The notes below the pieces were generated by a model. The model was not told the DNA's origin. It ran no database searches and saw only the letters and a list, made by a program, of their open reading frames with translations. A stretch of DNA of 64,000 nucleotides. It comes from Bacilli bacterium (GTDB lineage Bacteria; Bacillota_I; Bacilli_A; RF39; UBA660). The DNA lies in the NCBI GenBank assembly GCA_036667875.1, contig JAVWTD010000002.1, forward strand, positions 9,026 to 73,025. Direction: 5' to 3'. Numbering within the stretch: the stretch's first letter is position 1; each line of letters opens with the position of its first letter. The position numbers were made by a program, and so were the translations under genes. Below are positions 1 through 8,621 of the stretch, piece after piece.

Positions 1-1
1 A

Positions 2-643
2 AACCATGGACCAGCACCAATTCCTGAAGAAGGAAAATGGATAAAGTCAAAAGAAATAAAAGATATTTCAGGACTAACTCATGGAATAGGATGGTGTGCA
101 CCACAACAAGGAGCATGTAAACTAACCTTAAACATCAAAGAAGGAATTATAGAAGAAGCACTAATAGAAACACTAGGATGTTCAGGGATGACTCATTCTG
201 CCGCTATGGCAAGTGAAATACTAGTAGGTAAAACTATTTTAGAAGCCCTAAATACTGACTTAGTATGTGATGCTATAAATACTGCTATGAGAGAATTATT
301 CCTTCAAATAGCTTATGGACGTAGTCAATCAGCATTCTCTGAAGGCGGACTTTTAATAGGGGCTGGACTTGAAGACCTTGGAAAAGGAAATCGTAGTCAA
401 GTAGGAACTTGTTATTCAACAAAATTAAAAGGACCCCGTTACCTTGAACTTTCAGAAGGTTATATTACAGAAATAGGACTAGACCTTAATAATGAAATTA
501 TAGGATATAAATTTGTAAATTTAGGTAAAATGATGGAAAACATAAAATCAGGAATTGATGCTATGGAATCAATAGAAAAAGCAAGTGGAAAGTATGGACG
601 TTTTGACGAAGCAGTTAAAAAAATAGATCCAAGACATAATTAG
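2..643 (+). CDS. IscU/NifU-like Fe-S scaffold-domain protein (5' partial; continues upstream of window)
   Basis: Frame 2 is open from the window edge into the 188..643 ORF. Translation ...GWCAPQQGACKLTLNIKEGIIEEALIETLGCSGMTHSAAMASEILVGKTILEAL... parallels the IscU core (GAPACGDVMKLQIKV.EGIIEDARFKTYGCGSAIASSSLVTEWVKGK). The track ORF 188..643 is only the internal-Met tail of this gene. Confidence 0.5.
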   Translation, partial: NHGPAPIPEEGKWIKSKEIKDISGLTHGIGWCAPQQGACKLTLNIKEGIIEEALIETLGCSGMTHSAAMASEILVGKTILEALNTDLVCDAINTAMRELFLQIAYGRSQSAFSEGGLLIGAGLEDLGKGNRSQVGTCYSTKLKGPRYLELSEGYITEIGLDLNNEIIGYKFVNLGKMMENIKSGIDAMESIEKASGKYGRFDEAVKKIDPRHN

Positions 644-655
644 GAGGATAAAAGT

Positions 656-1651
656 ATGTTTGAAGGTTATGAAAGAAGAATTAAACAAATCAATGAAACT
701 TTATCTAAATATGGTATAGGGTCAATTGAAGAAGCTAAACAAATTTGCATTAATAAAGGATTAGATGTAGCAAGTATTGTAAAAGGTATACAACCAATAT
801 GTTTTGAAAACGCTTGTTATGCCTATATAGTAGGAGCTGCAATAGCAATTAAAGAAAATGTAAGCTCAGCAGCACAAGCAGCGACACTTATTGGAGTTGG
901 TTTACAATCATTTTGTATACCTGGTTCTGTTGCTGATTCAAGAAAAGTTGGTCTAGGACATGGAAATCTTGCCAATATGCTGTTATCAGAAGAAACAGAA
1001 TGTTTTGCATTTCTAGCAGGACACGAATCATTTGCAGCAGCTGAAGGAGCAATTGGTATTGCCAAATCTGCTAATAAAGTAAGAAAAAAACCATTAAGAG
1101 TAATTTTAAATGGACTTGGAAAAGATGCCGCATTAATCATTTCAAGAATTAATGGATTTACTTATGTAGAAACTGAATTTGATTATTTTACCAGCGAACT
1201 AAAAATTGTTAAAGAAGTTCCTTATTCAAAAGGAGATAGAGCAAATGTAAGATGCTTTGGGGCTGATGAAGTAAGAGAAGGTGTAGCTATTATGCATCAT
1301 GAAGGAGTTGATGTTTCCATAACAGGAAATTCAACAAACCCAACTCGTTTTCAACACCCAGTAGCAGGCACTTATAAAAAAGAAAGAATAGAAGCAGGAA
1401 AAGCATATTTTTCAGTAGCATCTGGTGGTGGAACAGGACGTACACTACACCCTGATAATATGGGAGCAGGACCTGCATCCTATGGAATGACCGATACAAT
1501 GGGAAGAATGCACTCTGATGCTCAATTCGCAGGTTCTTCAAGTGTTCCAGCACATGTTGAAATGATGGGATTAATTGGAATGGGAAACAATCCAATGGTA
1601 GGAGCAACAGTATCTGTATCAGTAGCAATAATAGAAGCTTTAGAAGGATAA
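656..1651 (+). CDS. GGGtGRT family protein (uncharacterised conserved family)
   Basis: Literal SGGGTGRT motif followed by GMTDTMGRMHSDAQFAGSSSVPAHVEMMGLIGMGNNPMVGA. AGGAGG RBS 7-8 nt upstream of the ATG. 12-nt gap after the preceding scaffold-like gene. Confidence 0.8.
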   Translation: MFEGYERRIKQINETLSKYGIGSIEEAKQICINKGLDVASIVKGIQPICFENACYAYIVGAAIAIKENVSSAAQAATLIGVGLQSFCIPGSVADSRKVGLGHGNLANMLLSEETECFAFLAGHESFAAAEGAIGIAKSANKVRKKPLRVILNGLGKDAALIISRINGFTYVETEFDYFTSELKIVKEVPYSKGDRANVRCFGADEVREGVAIMHHEGVDVSITGNSTNPTRFQHPVAGTYKKERIEAGKAYFSVASGGGTGRTLHPDNMGAGPASYGMTDTMGRMHSDAQFAGSSSVPAHVEMMGLIGMGNNPMVGATVSVSVAIIEALEG

Positions 1652-1707
1652 ATTTATTTATTCTTTTTTATTTATATCAAGTATGATAAAATAGTTATGG
1701 TGATAAA

Positions 1708-2295
1708 ATGAATAAAAAAATAACAATAATAACTTTAATACTTTCAATTGTTTTGATAATCATGTATTATTTGAATTCTTTTAGTGTAATAGATAATTTT
1801 ATTTTCTCTTTACTAAAACCAATTAGAAATGATTTTTTAACTTACATATTTCTATTTATAACAGAGTTTGGTTATATTTATGGAATTTCATTAATAATGA
1901 TTTTTATTTTTATTAAAAATAAGCAACTAGCAATACTTGAACTATATAATATTGCCTTAGTAGTACCACTTAATTATATTCTAAAATCAATATTTGTAAG
2001 AGCAAGACCAATAGAAAATCTAGTTTCAGTAAGTGGGTACAGTTTCCCAAGTGGCCACACAATGACAAGCGTAGCTTTTTACGGTTTTCTAGCGTATTAT
2101 ATTTATAAATCAAATAATAAAAACAAAAAACTTTATATAGGACTTCTTATTTTAACAGTATTTCTTATCGGAATAAGTCGTATCTATTTAAGAGCTCATT
2201 TTGCAACCGATGTAATTACAGGAATAGTAATGGCTTTATGCTATTTACTTATATTTATAAGAATAATTTACAACAGAAAAGAGGAATATAAATGA
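1708..2295 (+). CDS. PAP2 superfamily phosphatase (phosphatidic acid / undecaprenyl-PP phosphatase-like), membrane
   Basis: PAP2 tripartite motif: KSIFVRARP, PSGH, SRIYLRAHFATD. Multiple TM helices. Confidence 0.75.
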   Translation: MNKKITIITLILSIVLIIMYYLNSFSVIDNFIFSLLKPIRNDFLTYIFLFITEFGYIYGISLIMIFIFIKNKQLAILELYNIALVVPLNYILKSIFVRARPIENLVSVSGYSFPSGHTMTSVAFYGFLAYYIYKSNNKNKKLYIGLLILTVFLIGISRIYLRAHFATDVITGIVMALCYLLIFIRIIYNRKEEYK

Positions 2296-2732
2296 GAAAA
2301 ACACTTATTATATCTAGCATTCTAATTATATTACTAGGTATTTATATAACAAAAAGAAAAAACGAAAATAGTTTAAACTTTACTCCAATGGAAGGATTTG
2401 AATATAAATTAGATAATTCATTTGATATGAATGAAGAAACAAAAAAAGGATTTCCAATCCTGTTAATACTCGGAACTAAAACTTGTCCTCCATGCCGTGA
2501 AATGCAACCAACCCTAAAACTATTAAATAAGGATTTCCAAGGAAAAGTTAAAATAATATATTTAGATGTAATTAAATATAAGGAAGCTGCTAAACAATTT
2601 AATTATAAACTTTTACCAACACTATTATTTGTAACAAAAGAAGGAAAATTATATACCGCTAAAGAAAATGTTATGAGTAGACATGAAATTTTAAAAATAT
2701 TTAAAGAAATGGGGTATAACTTTGATAAATAA
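2292..2732 (+). CDS. Membrane-anchored thioredoxin-like thiol-disulfide oxidoreductase (ResA/StoA/TlpA-like)
   Basis: N-terminal TM anchor, CPPC active site (TKTCPPCREM), thioredoxin-fold length. 4-nt overlap with the PAP2 gene. Confidence 0.7.
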   Translation: MRKTLIISSILIILLGIYITKRKNENSLNFTPMEGFEYKLDNSFDMNEETKKGFPILLILGTKTCPPCREMQPTLKLLNKDFQGKVKIIYLDVIKYKEAAKQFNYKLLPTLLFVTKEGKLYTAKENVMSRHEILKIFKEMGYNFDK

Positions 2733-3408
2733 TATCTTAGATATAATGGGTGAAATTATAAATAATAATTATCTTTTAGCCCCAATAATTGCTTTCTTTG
2801 CAGGTGTCTTAACTTCCTTTACACCATGCAGTTTATCAACAGTTCCTTTAATGATTGCATACGTTAGTGGAAATGATAATAAGAAAAGAACCCTAAAAAT
2901 GTCACTTATGTTTTGTTTAGGTACAACCTTAACCTTCATAACACTAGGGGTTTTAGCATCAACTTTCAATACAGCATTTTATTTTGTAGGAGACTTTTTT
3001 TATGTAATATTATCAATCATTTGCATATTGATGGTTTTACAACTTTGGGAAGTAATAAATATAGTACCAAATAATAATTTAGTTAGTAAATTTAAAAAGA
3101 AAGGCTATGTTGGTGCACTTGTAACAGGCATACTTGCAGGACTATTTTCAAGCCCATGCTCAACACCTGTATTAATTGTATTATTAGCCATAGTGGGTAC
3201 TAAAGGAAGTATTCTCTATGGAATAATACTTTTGTTATACTATTCTCTTGGACATAGCGTTTTAGCAATAATATCAGGAATAAGCATGAATTATGTTAAA
3301 TCAATTAAGAAAAATAAAAATTATAAAAAAATCAGTGACTTATTAAATTGTATATTCGGAATAATAATTTTATTAATGGCTTTTTATTTCTTTTATTTAG
3401 GAATTTAA
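2722..3408 (+). CDS. ccdA: Cytochrome c-type biogenesis / disulfide-reductant transporter CcdA (DsbD family)
   Basis: Six-TM protein with the two conserved Cys motifs FTPCSLSTVP and SSPCSTPVL. Overlaps the thioredoxin-like gene by 11 nt (operon). Confidence 0.8.
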   Translation: MINNILDIMGEIINNNYLLAPIIAFFAGVLTSFTPCSLSTVPLMIAYVSGNDNKKRTLKMSLMFCLGTTLTFITLGVLASTFNTAFYFVGDFFYVILSIICILMVLQLWEVINIVPNNNLVSKFKKKGYVGALVTGILAGLFSSPCSTPVLIVLLAIVGTKGSILYGIILLLYYSLGHSVLAIISGISMNYVKSIKKNKNYKKISDLLNCIFGIIILLMAFYFFYLGI

Positions 3409-3448
3409 ATTTAAAAAATCAATTAGAAAGTAGAGAAAATTATATAAT

Positions 3449-3900
3449 ATGGAAAAAACAGTTTTAATGTCAATAATGACAAAATATTCAAATGAAATAT
3501 TTGATGGAACAAAAAAATGGGAATTTAGAAAAAAACTTCCAAAATTAAATGATAACGACTCAATTAAAACTATCGTTTATTCTTCAAAAGAAGAAAAATC
3601 TATCGTAGGTGAGTTTAAATCAGGTGAATTTTAAAAAAATCATTTGAAGAACTTATGAAAGCAACTGGAAATAATAACGATGAAGAAGCATTATCCTGGT
3701 TTAGAGAATATTACAAAGATAAAGAAATTTGTTGTGCAATTGAGGTTATTAATCCTGTTAGATACAAAAATCCAATTAGTCTATATAAAATAATTGAAAA
3801 TAAACATGATTTTAAAGGACCACAAAATTTTATATATGTAAATAAAGATGATACAATTGATAAATTAATTAAAGCCACAAACTTAAAATTGTATAAATGA
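3449..3900 (+). pseudogene. ASCH-domain protein gene split by a +1 frame change in an A7 homopolymer (3633-3639)
   Basis: ORF 3449..3634 (SIMTKYSNEIFDGTKKWEFRKK...IVGEFKSGEF) matches the N-terminal half of an ASCH domain. ORF 3655..3900 in the next frame carries the C-terminal half. Reading through ttttAAAAAAAtc joins GEF-LKKSFEELMKATG..., as in intact ASCH proteins. Confidence 0.5.
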
Positions 3901-4109
3901 TTATATAAAAAAAGACTAAAATAAATTTGATAAATATGTGATAGAAAGTATAAATAATAATTTTGCTAATATACTTATTCAAAGTGACCATTTAAAGTAG
4001 TTTGTAAAATTTAATGTGCTTTTTTTAAAAAAATTATGATATAATAAAATAACTGTAGATTTAATATTTCAGATATCTTTTTTTAAAGTATCGGGCCTAA
4101 AAAGGCAGC

Positions 4110-4160
4110 AGATTAATTATCTGTGGGACACCAATAATGTTCTACAGATAATTTTTTTAG
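4110..4160 (+). terminator. Leader terminator/attenuator hairpin upstream of P-type ATPase
   Basis: ATTATCTGT-(19 nt)-ACAGATAAT followed by T7, 12 nt before the GGAGG RBS. Overlapping alternative hairpin CAGAT-taatt-ATCTG immediately 5'. Confidence 0.45.
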
Positions 4161-4177
4161 ATATATGGAGGAAAAAT

Positions 4178-6667
4178 ATGAATATTGAAAAAATTAAAGG
4201 TTTAACAACCGAAGAAGTAAATGAACTAACAGAAATTTATGGAAAGAATGAATTAACTCAAACAAAAAAAGAATCATTCTTCATAAAAATAGTTCACGTA
4301 ATATGTGAACCAATGTTCTTACTTCTAATTATTGCCGCTACCATATACTTTCTTCTTGGAGAGCCAAGAGATGGAGTAATAATGCTAGTTTTTGTAGTAG
4401 CAATAATAAGTATTGAAGTTATTCAAGAATGGAAAACTGATAAAACTCTAAAAGCCTTAAAAGATTTATCGGAACCTAAAATTACTGTTTTAAGAGATAA
4501 CCAAAAAATCGAAATAAATAGTAAAGACCTAGTCCCTGGCGATATAATGTATATATACGAAGGAGTAAAAGTTCCCGCTGATGGATATGTTATGAAATAT
4601 AGTGGTCTATCAATTGATGAATCAACTTTAACAGGAGAAGCAGTTCCTGTATGGAAAACAACTAAAGATGATACAACAAATTACTTTAAAAATAATTACT
4701 GTTATCAAGGAACTTTAGTTATTCAAGGAACAGGTACAATTAAAGTAGATAAGATAGGAAGTCTTACAGAATATGGGAAAATCGGAAGTAACCTATCTAA
4801 AACAGAAGAAATTAAAAGTCCACTTCAAGAACAAACAGATCAACTAGTAAAACTATGTGCCTACATAGCAGGAGTTTTATTTTTATTAGTAGGACTATTT
4901 ACATTTTTAAACATTCCCGATCATACTTTAAAAGATCGTCTAATTGAAAGTATATTATCAGGAATTACCCTAGCAATGGCAATGATTCCAGAAGAATTTC
5001 CTGTAGTTTTAACCATTTTCCTATCAATGGGAGCATGGCGTCTAGCCAAAAAAAATTCTTTAGTAAAAAAACTTTCATCAGTAGAAACATTAGGTTCTAT
5101 TTCAGTTTTATGTGTTGATAAAACAGGAACTATAACCAAAAATCAAATGAAAGTTTCTGAAGTAATAACAAATGATAAAAATGAATTAGCTAAAATGATG
5201 TGTCTATCATCTTTAGAAGATACATTTGACCCTATGGAAAAAGCAATGTTTGACTATTCAAAAACTTTAGGTTTAAATAAAAAAGATTTATTTGAAGGTA
5301 AAAAGATTGCAGAATATCCCTTTGATAATAACACAAAAATGGTAGGATTTCTTTGGGAACAAGAAAAAGAACGCTTTATAGCAGCCAAAGGTTCCCCTGA
5401 AGGAATTTTAAATATTTGTGATATTTCAAAAAAAGAACGAAATGATATTGAAAAACAAATAGAAGAATTATCAAAAAAAGGTTTAAGAGTTATAGCAGTA
5501 GCTAAAAAACCTACTAATGAAACTCCCAAAAACTTAAAAGATGAAACTTTAAACTTTCTAGGTCTAGTAGGATTAATTGATCCTCCTAAAGACAATATAG
5601 AAAAAGATATTGAAACTTGTAAAAAAGCAGGAGTAAAAGTAGTAATGATAACTGGAGACAATGGTATAACTGCGTCATCTATTGCAAGAACAATTGGAAT
5701 GGATAATGTAGATAACATTGTAACTGGTGACATGTTAGATAAAATGAGTGATGAAGAATTAAAAAAATGTATTGAAAAAGTAAGCATTTTCTCTAGAGTT
5801 ATTCCTGAACACAAATTTAGAATAGTTAAAGCTTATCAAAAAAATGGAGAAATTGTTGCCATGACTGGAGATGGTGTAAATGATGCACCAGCTTTAAAAC
5901 AAGCTAATATAGGAATTGCCATGGGAAAACGTGGCTCAGAAGTCTCACGTGAAGCAGCTGATTTAATTCTTATGGATGACAATTTCAGTACAATAGTAGA
6001 TACTATTAAAGATGGAAGAAGAATATATGATAACATTAAAAAAGCAGTAGGTTATATATTTGTTATACACATTCCAATCATGCTTGCGTCCTTACTTGGA
6101 CCAATGTTAGGAATAACACCAAACAATTTAATGCTTTTGCCACTTCATGTAGTTCTTCTTGAACTAATAATAGATCCAACATGCTCAATAATTCTTGAAA
6201 GACAACCAGCAGAATCAGACATAATGGATAGACCACCAAGAAATCCAAACTCAAAACTAGTAACATTAGGTTCACTTACAAAAAGTATAATACAAGGATT
6301 AGTCTTATTTGCAGTAGCCTTTATTAGTTATTTATATTTTGGAAATCTAATTAATTTTACATTAGGTAGAACAATGGGTCTTCTTACAATTATGTTTGGG
6401 AACTTCTTCTTAGTCTTAGTAAATGCAACAGAAAAAGATTCAATCTTTATAACTTTAAAAAAAGTTATTAAAGATAGAACATTAATAATAATAAATACAA
6501 TATTGATAATTGGAATATTCTTAGTAATATATAGTCCTATAAGTGGTTTCTTAAAACTTACAAGTTTAACCCTTAATCAAATGATAGTAGTTATAGCTTC
6601 TTCATTTACAGCCATTTTTTGGTATGAATTAGTGAAGTGCTTTAAAAAATTAAAAAGAAGACTTTAA
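4178..6667 (+). CDS. Cation-transporting P-type ATPase (P2-type; Ca2+/Mg2+/Na+ class not resolved)
   Basis: DKTGTIT phosphorylation motif, TGDN, GDGVNDAPALKQA, AESDIMDRPPRNP, PEEFP in TM4, about 10 TM helices. GGAGG RBS. Confidence 0.9.
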   Translation: MNIEKIKGLTTEEVNELTEIYGKNELTQTKKESFFIKIVHVICEPMFLLLIIAATIYFLLGEPRDGVIMLVFVVAIISIEVIQEWKTDKTLKALKDLSEPKITVLRDNQKIEINSKDLVPGDIMYIYEGVKVPADGYVMKYSGLSIDESTLTGEAVPVWKTTKDDTTNYFKNNYCYQGTLVIQGTGTIKVDKIGSLTEYGKIGSNLSKTEEIKSPLQEQTDQLVKLCAYIAGVLFLLVGLFTFLNIPDHTLKDRLIESILSGITLAMAMIPEEFPVVLTIFLSMGAWRLAKKNSLVKKLSSVETLGSISVLCVDKTGTITKNQMKVSEVITNDKNELAKMMCLSSLEDTFDPMEKAMFDYSKTLGLNKKDLFEGKKIAEYPFDNNTKMVGFLWEQEKERFIAAKGSPEGILNICDISKKERNDIEKQIEELSKKGLRVIAVAKKPTNETPKNLKDETLNFLGLVGLIDPPKDNIEKDIETCKKAGVKVVMITGDNGITASSIARTIGMDNVDNIVTGDMLDKMSDEELKKCIEKVSIFSRVIPEHKFRIVKAYQKNGEIVAMTGDGVNDAPALKQANIGIAMGKRGSEVSREAADLILMDDNFSTIVDTIKDGRRIYDNIKKAVGYIFVIHIPIMLASLLGPMLGITPNNLMLLPLHVVLLELIIDPTCSIILERQPAESDIMDRPPRNPNSKLVTLGSLTKSIIQGLVLFAVAFISYLYFGNLINFTLGRTMGLLTIMFGNFFLVLVNATEKDSIFITLKKVIKDRTLIIINTILIIGIFLVIYSPISGFLKLTSLTLNQMIVVIASSFTAIFWYELVKCFKKLKRRL

Positions 6668-6749
6668 ATAATAAAGTCTTTTTGTGTCTAATTTGACAAA
6701 ACTATTTTTTTCTTGTAATATAGAGCCTACAGAAAAGGGGAAATATAAA

Positions 6750-7433
6750 ATGATAGATATAAAAAAAGAAGAATTAAAAGCAAAAGTTTATAATTATTTA
6801 AAAATTTATGGAGATTTATACCCAGAAGGAATTAAAGAATTAATAGAAAAAGAATATATGAATAAACCAGAAGCAGATGTTTTCATGGAATTATATGCTA
6901 CACTTGATTTATACAAACCTGAAGAAAATCCTTATAAAGGGATTGCTAATATAATTGAAAACAAATTTGGAGTAGATAACAATATTCTTGAAATAGCAGG
7001 AGGATGTTATCCAACACTTGGAGAAGAAATTGACAAAAGACAAGCAAAAATTAACAAAGGAACAATAACTGTTTACGATCCATGTCTTTTGATGACAAAT
7101 TTAGGAAATATAAAACTTCATAAAGAAAACTTTTATTTTCTTGAAAAACCTGAACAATATGATACTTTAGTAGGAGTGGCACCTTGTTCTGCTACAATTT
7201 CTTTAATAGAAAATGCAATGAGTAAAGGTAAGAACCTTTTAGTATCACCATGTTCTTGTCCTCATTTTCCAAGTTGGTATGAACCAGGTTTATATGATGA
7301 TGAAAAAGAATGGTTCAGATATGTTTATAATGTAATAAGAATGTATGATAACAATCAAGGTAAATTAGAAACAGAATATTTAGAAACAAGTTATGATTAT
7401 AGATATCCTGTATATACATATAAAATGAAATAA
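6750..7433 (+). CDS. Hypothetical Cys-rich protein (possible Rossmann-like fold)
   Basis: Start taken at ATG 6750 (AAAGGGGA RBS) rather than the track start 6684. ILEIAGGCYPTLG...TITVYDP resembles methyltransferase motifs I and II; otherwise no recognisable family. Confidence 0.4.
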   Translation: MIDIKKEELKAKVYNYLKIYGDLYPEGIKELIEKEYMNKPEADVFMELYATLDLYKPEENPYKGIANIIENKFGVDNNILEIAGGCYPTLGEEIDKRQAKINKGTITVYDPCLLMTNLGNIKLHKENFYFLEKPEQYDTLVGVAPCSATISLIENAMSKGKNLLVSPCSCPHFPSWYEPGLYDDEKEWFRYVYNVIRMYDNNQGKLETEYLETSYDYRYPVYTYKMK

Positions 7434-7552
7434 ATCTTAAAGTACTATAATTTAGTACTTTTTTTTATAATATTATATAAAAATAAAAATTTTAATACAT
7501 AGAATATTTATCTAATTCATATATTTAAATGTAAGAAAGAGAGGAAATAACT

Positions 7553-7813
7553 ATGGAAACACTTAAAGTATCTTCAAAATCAAACCCTAATTCTGTTGCA
7601 GGAGCATTAGCTAATGTATTTAGAGAAAAAGGAACTGTTGAAATTCAAGCAATAGGAGCAGGAGCTCTAAATCAAGCTGTAAAAGCAATTGCTATAGCAA
7701 GGGGATTTGTTGCCCCAAGTGGTAAAAACTTAATCTGTATACCAGCATTTACGGATATTATCATAGATGGTGAAGAAAGAACAGCTATAAAGTTAATAGT
7801 AGAAGCCGGATAG
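7553..7813 (+). CDS. spoVS: Stage V sporulation protein S
   Basis: 86 aa, near-identical along its length to Bacillus SpoVS (KVSSKSNPNSVAGALA...EIQAIGAGALNQAVKAIAIARGFVAPSG..LICIPAF..I.IDGEERTAIKLIVE). Confidence 0.9.
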   Translation: METLKVSSKSNPNSVAGALANVFREKGTVEIQAIGAGALNQAVKAIAIARGFVAPSGKNLICIPAFTDIIIDGEERTAIKLIVEAG

Positions 7814-8047
7814 GCTTTTTTTTAAAGTTAGACATATTAATATAAAACCTGATAAAAATGTCAATGTTAAAAGTTGATAGTTTCTATCAGGTTTTTATAT
7901 AGTTTGGTATTCTTATATTGCTTTGTAATTGAGATATAATCTCAGAATAATACTTAAGACATTATCACATACTAATCATAGTAATTTTAAGATACTTGCT
8001 TTTTACAAATAATTATTCTATAATATAAAGCATAAAGAGGCGATATA

Positions 8048-8464
8048 ATGGATCAAAATTTAAAGAGAAGTATTATACTAGAAAATTATCAAAACCCTAA
8101 AAATAAGGGTCTAATTGAAGATGATAGCTATATTTCACTTAATATGAATAATGAATCATGCATTGATGAAATAAACCTAATGGTTAAAATTGAGAATGAC
8201 ATTATTAAAGATATAAAATTTGATGGGGAAGCATGCGCAATATGCACTAGTTCGACTTCTATAATGATAGAAACACTAATTGGTAAAACTGTTTTTGAAG
8301 CAAACATAATATTTGAAAACTTCGCAAACATGATAGAAGAAAAAGACTATAATAAAGAAATTATTGAGTTAGCTGTAGTTTATGACGATATTGCAAAACA
8401 ACCTAATAGGAAAAAATGTGCTTTACTTCCTTGGTGGGGAATAGAAAAAATCTTAAAAAAATAA
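8048..8464 (+). CDS. sufU: SUF-system Fe-S assembly scaffold, SufU/NifU type
   Basis: About 140 aa with the three Cys ligands (ESC, GEACAICTSS, KKCALLPW), characteristic of SufU. Confidence 0.75.
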   Translation: MDQNLKRSIILENYQNPKNKGLIEDDSYISLNMNNESCIDEINLMVKIENDIIKDIKFDGEACAICTSSTSIMIETLIGKTVFEANIIFENFANMIEEKDYNKEIIELAVVYDDIAKQPNRKKCALLPWWGIEKILKK

Positions 8465-8621
8465 TATTTTATGTAGTACATTATAAATAATATAAATTAT
8501 TAATGCTTTCTTAACACATTAAGAAGAATTAAATAATACTAAAGACCTACAATTTACTAAAAAGAGATACTAATTATATCTTTTTTTTTCTTTTTAAAGT
8601 ATAATGTAAATGGTGATATTT

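Noticed and set aside
823-1628. Antisense ORFs 823..1140(-) and 1290..1628(-) inside the GGGtGRT gene
   Set aside because: Entirely embedded in a well-supported + strand gene. Low-complexity translation and no RBS. Typical shadow ORFs.
3900-4177. M-box (Mg2+) or yybP-ykoY (Mn2+) riboswitch upstream of the P-type ATPase
   Set aside because: None of the conserved sequence blocks of these riboswitches could be recognised by eye. Only a generic attenuator-like hairpin pair is reported.
4921-6275. Antisense ORFs (4921..5139, 5254..5814, 5836..6036, 6078..6275, all -) inside the P-type ATPase gene
   Set aside because: Shadow ORFs opposite a conserved coding frame.
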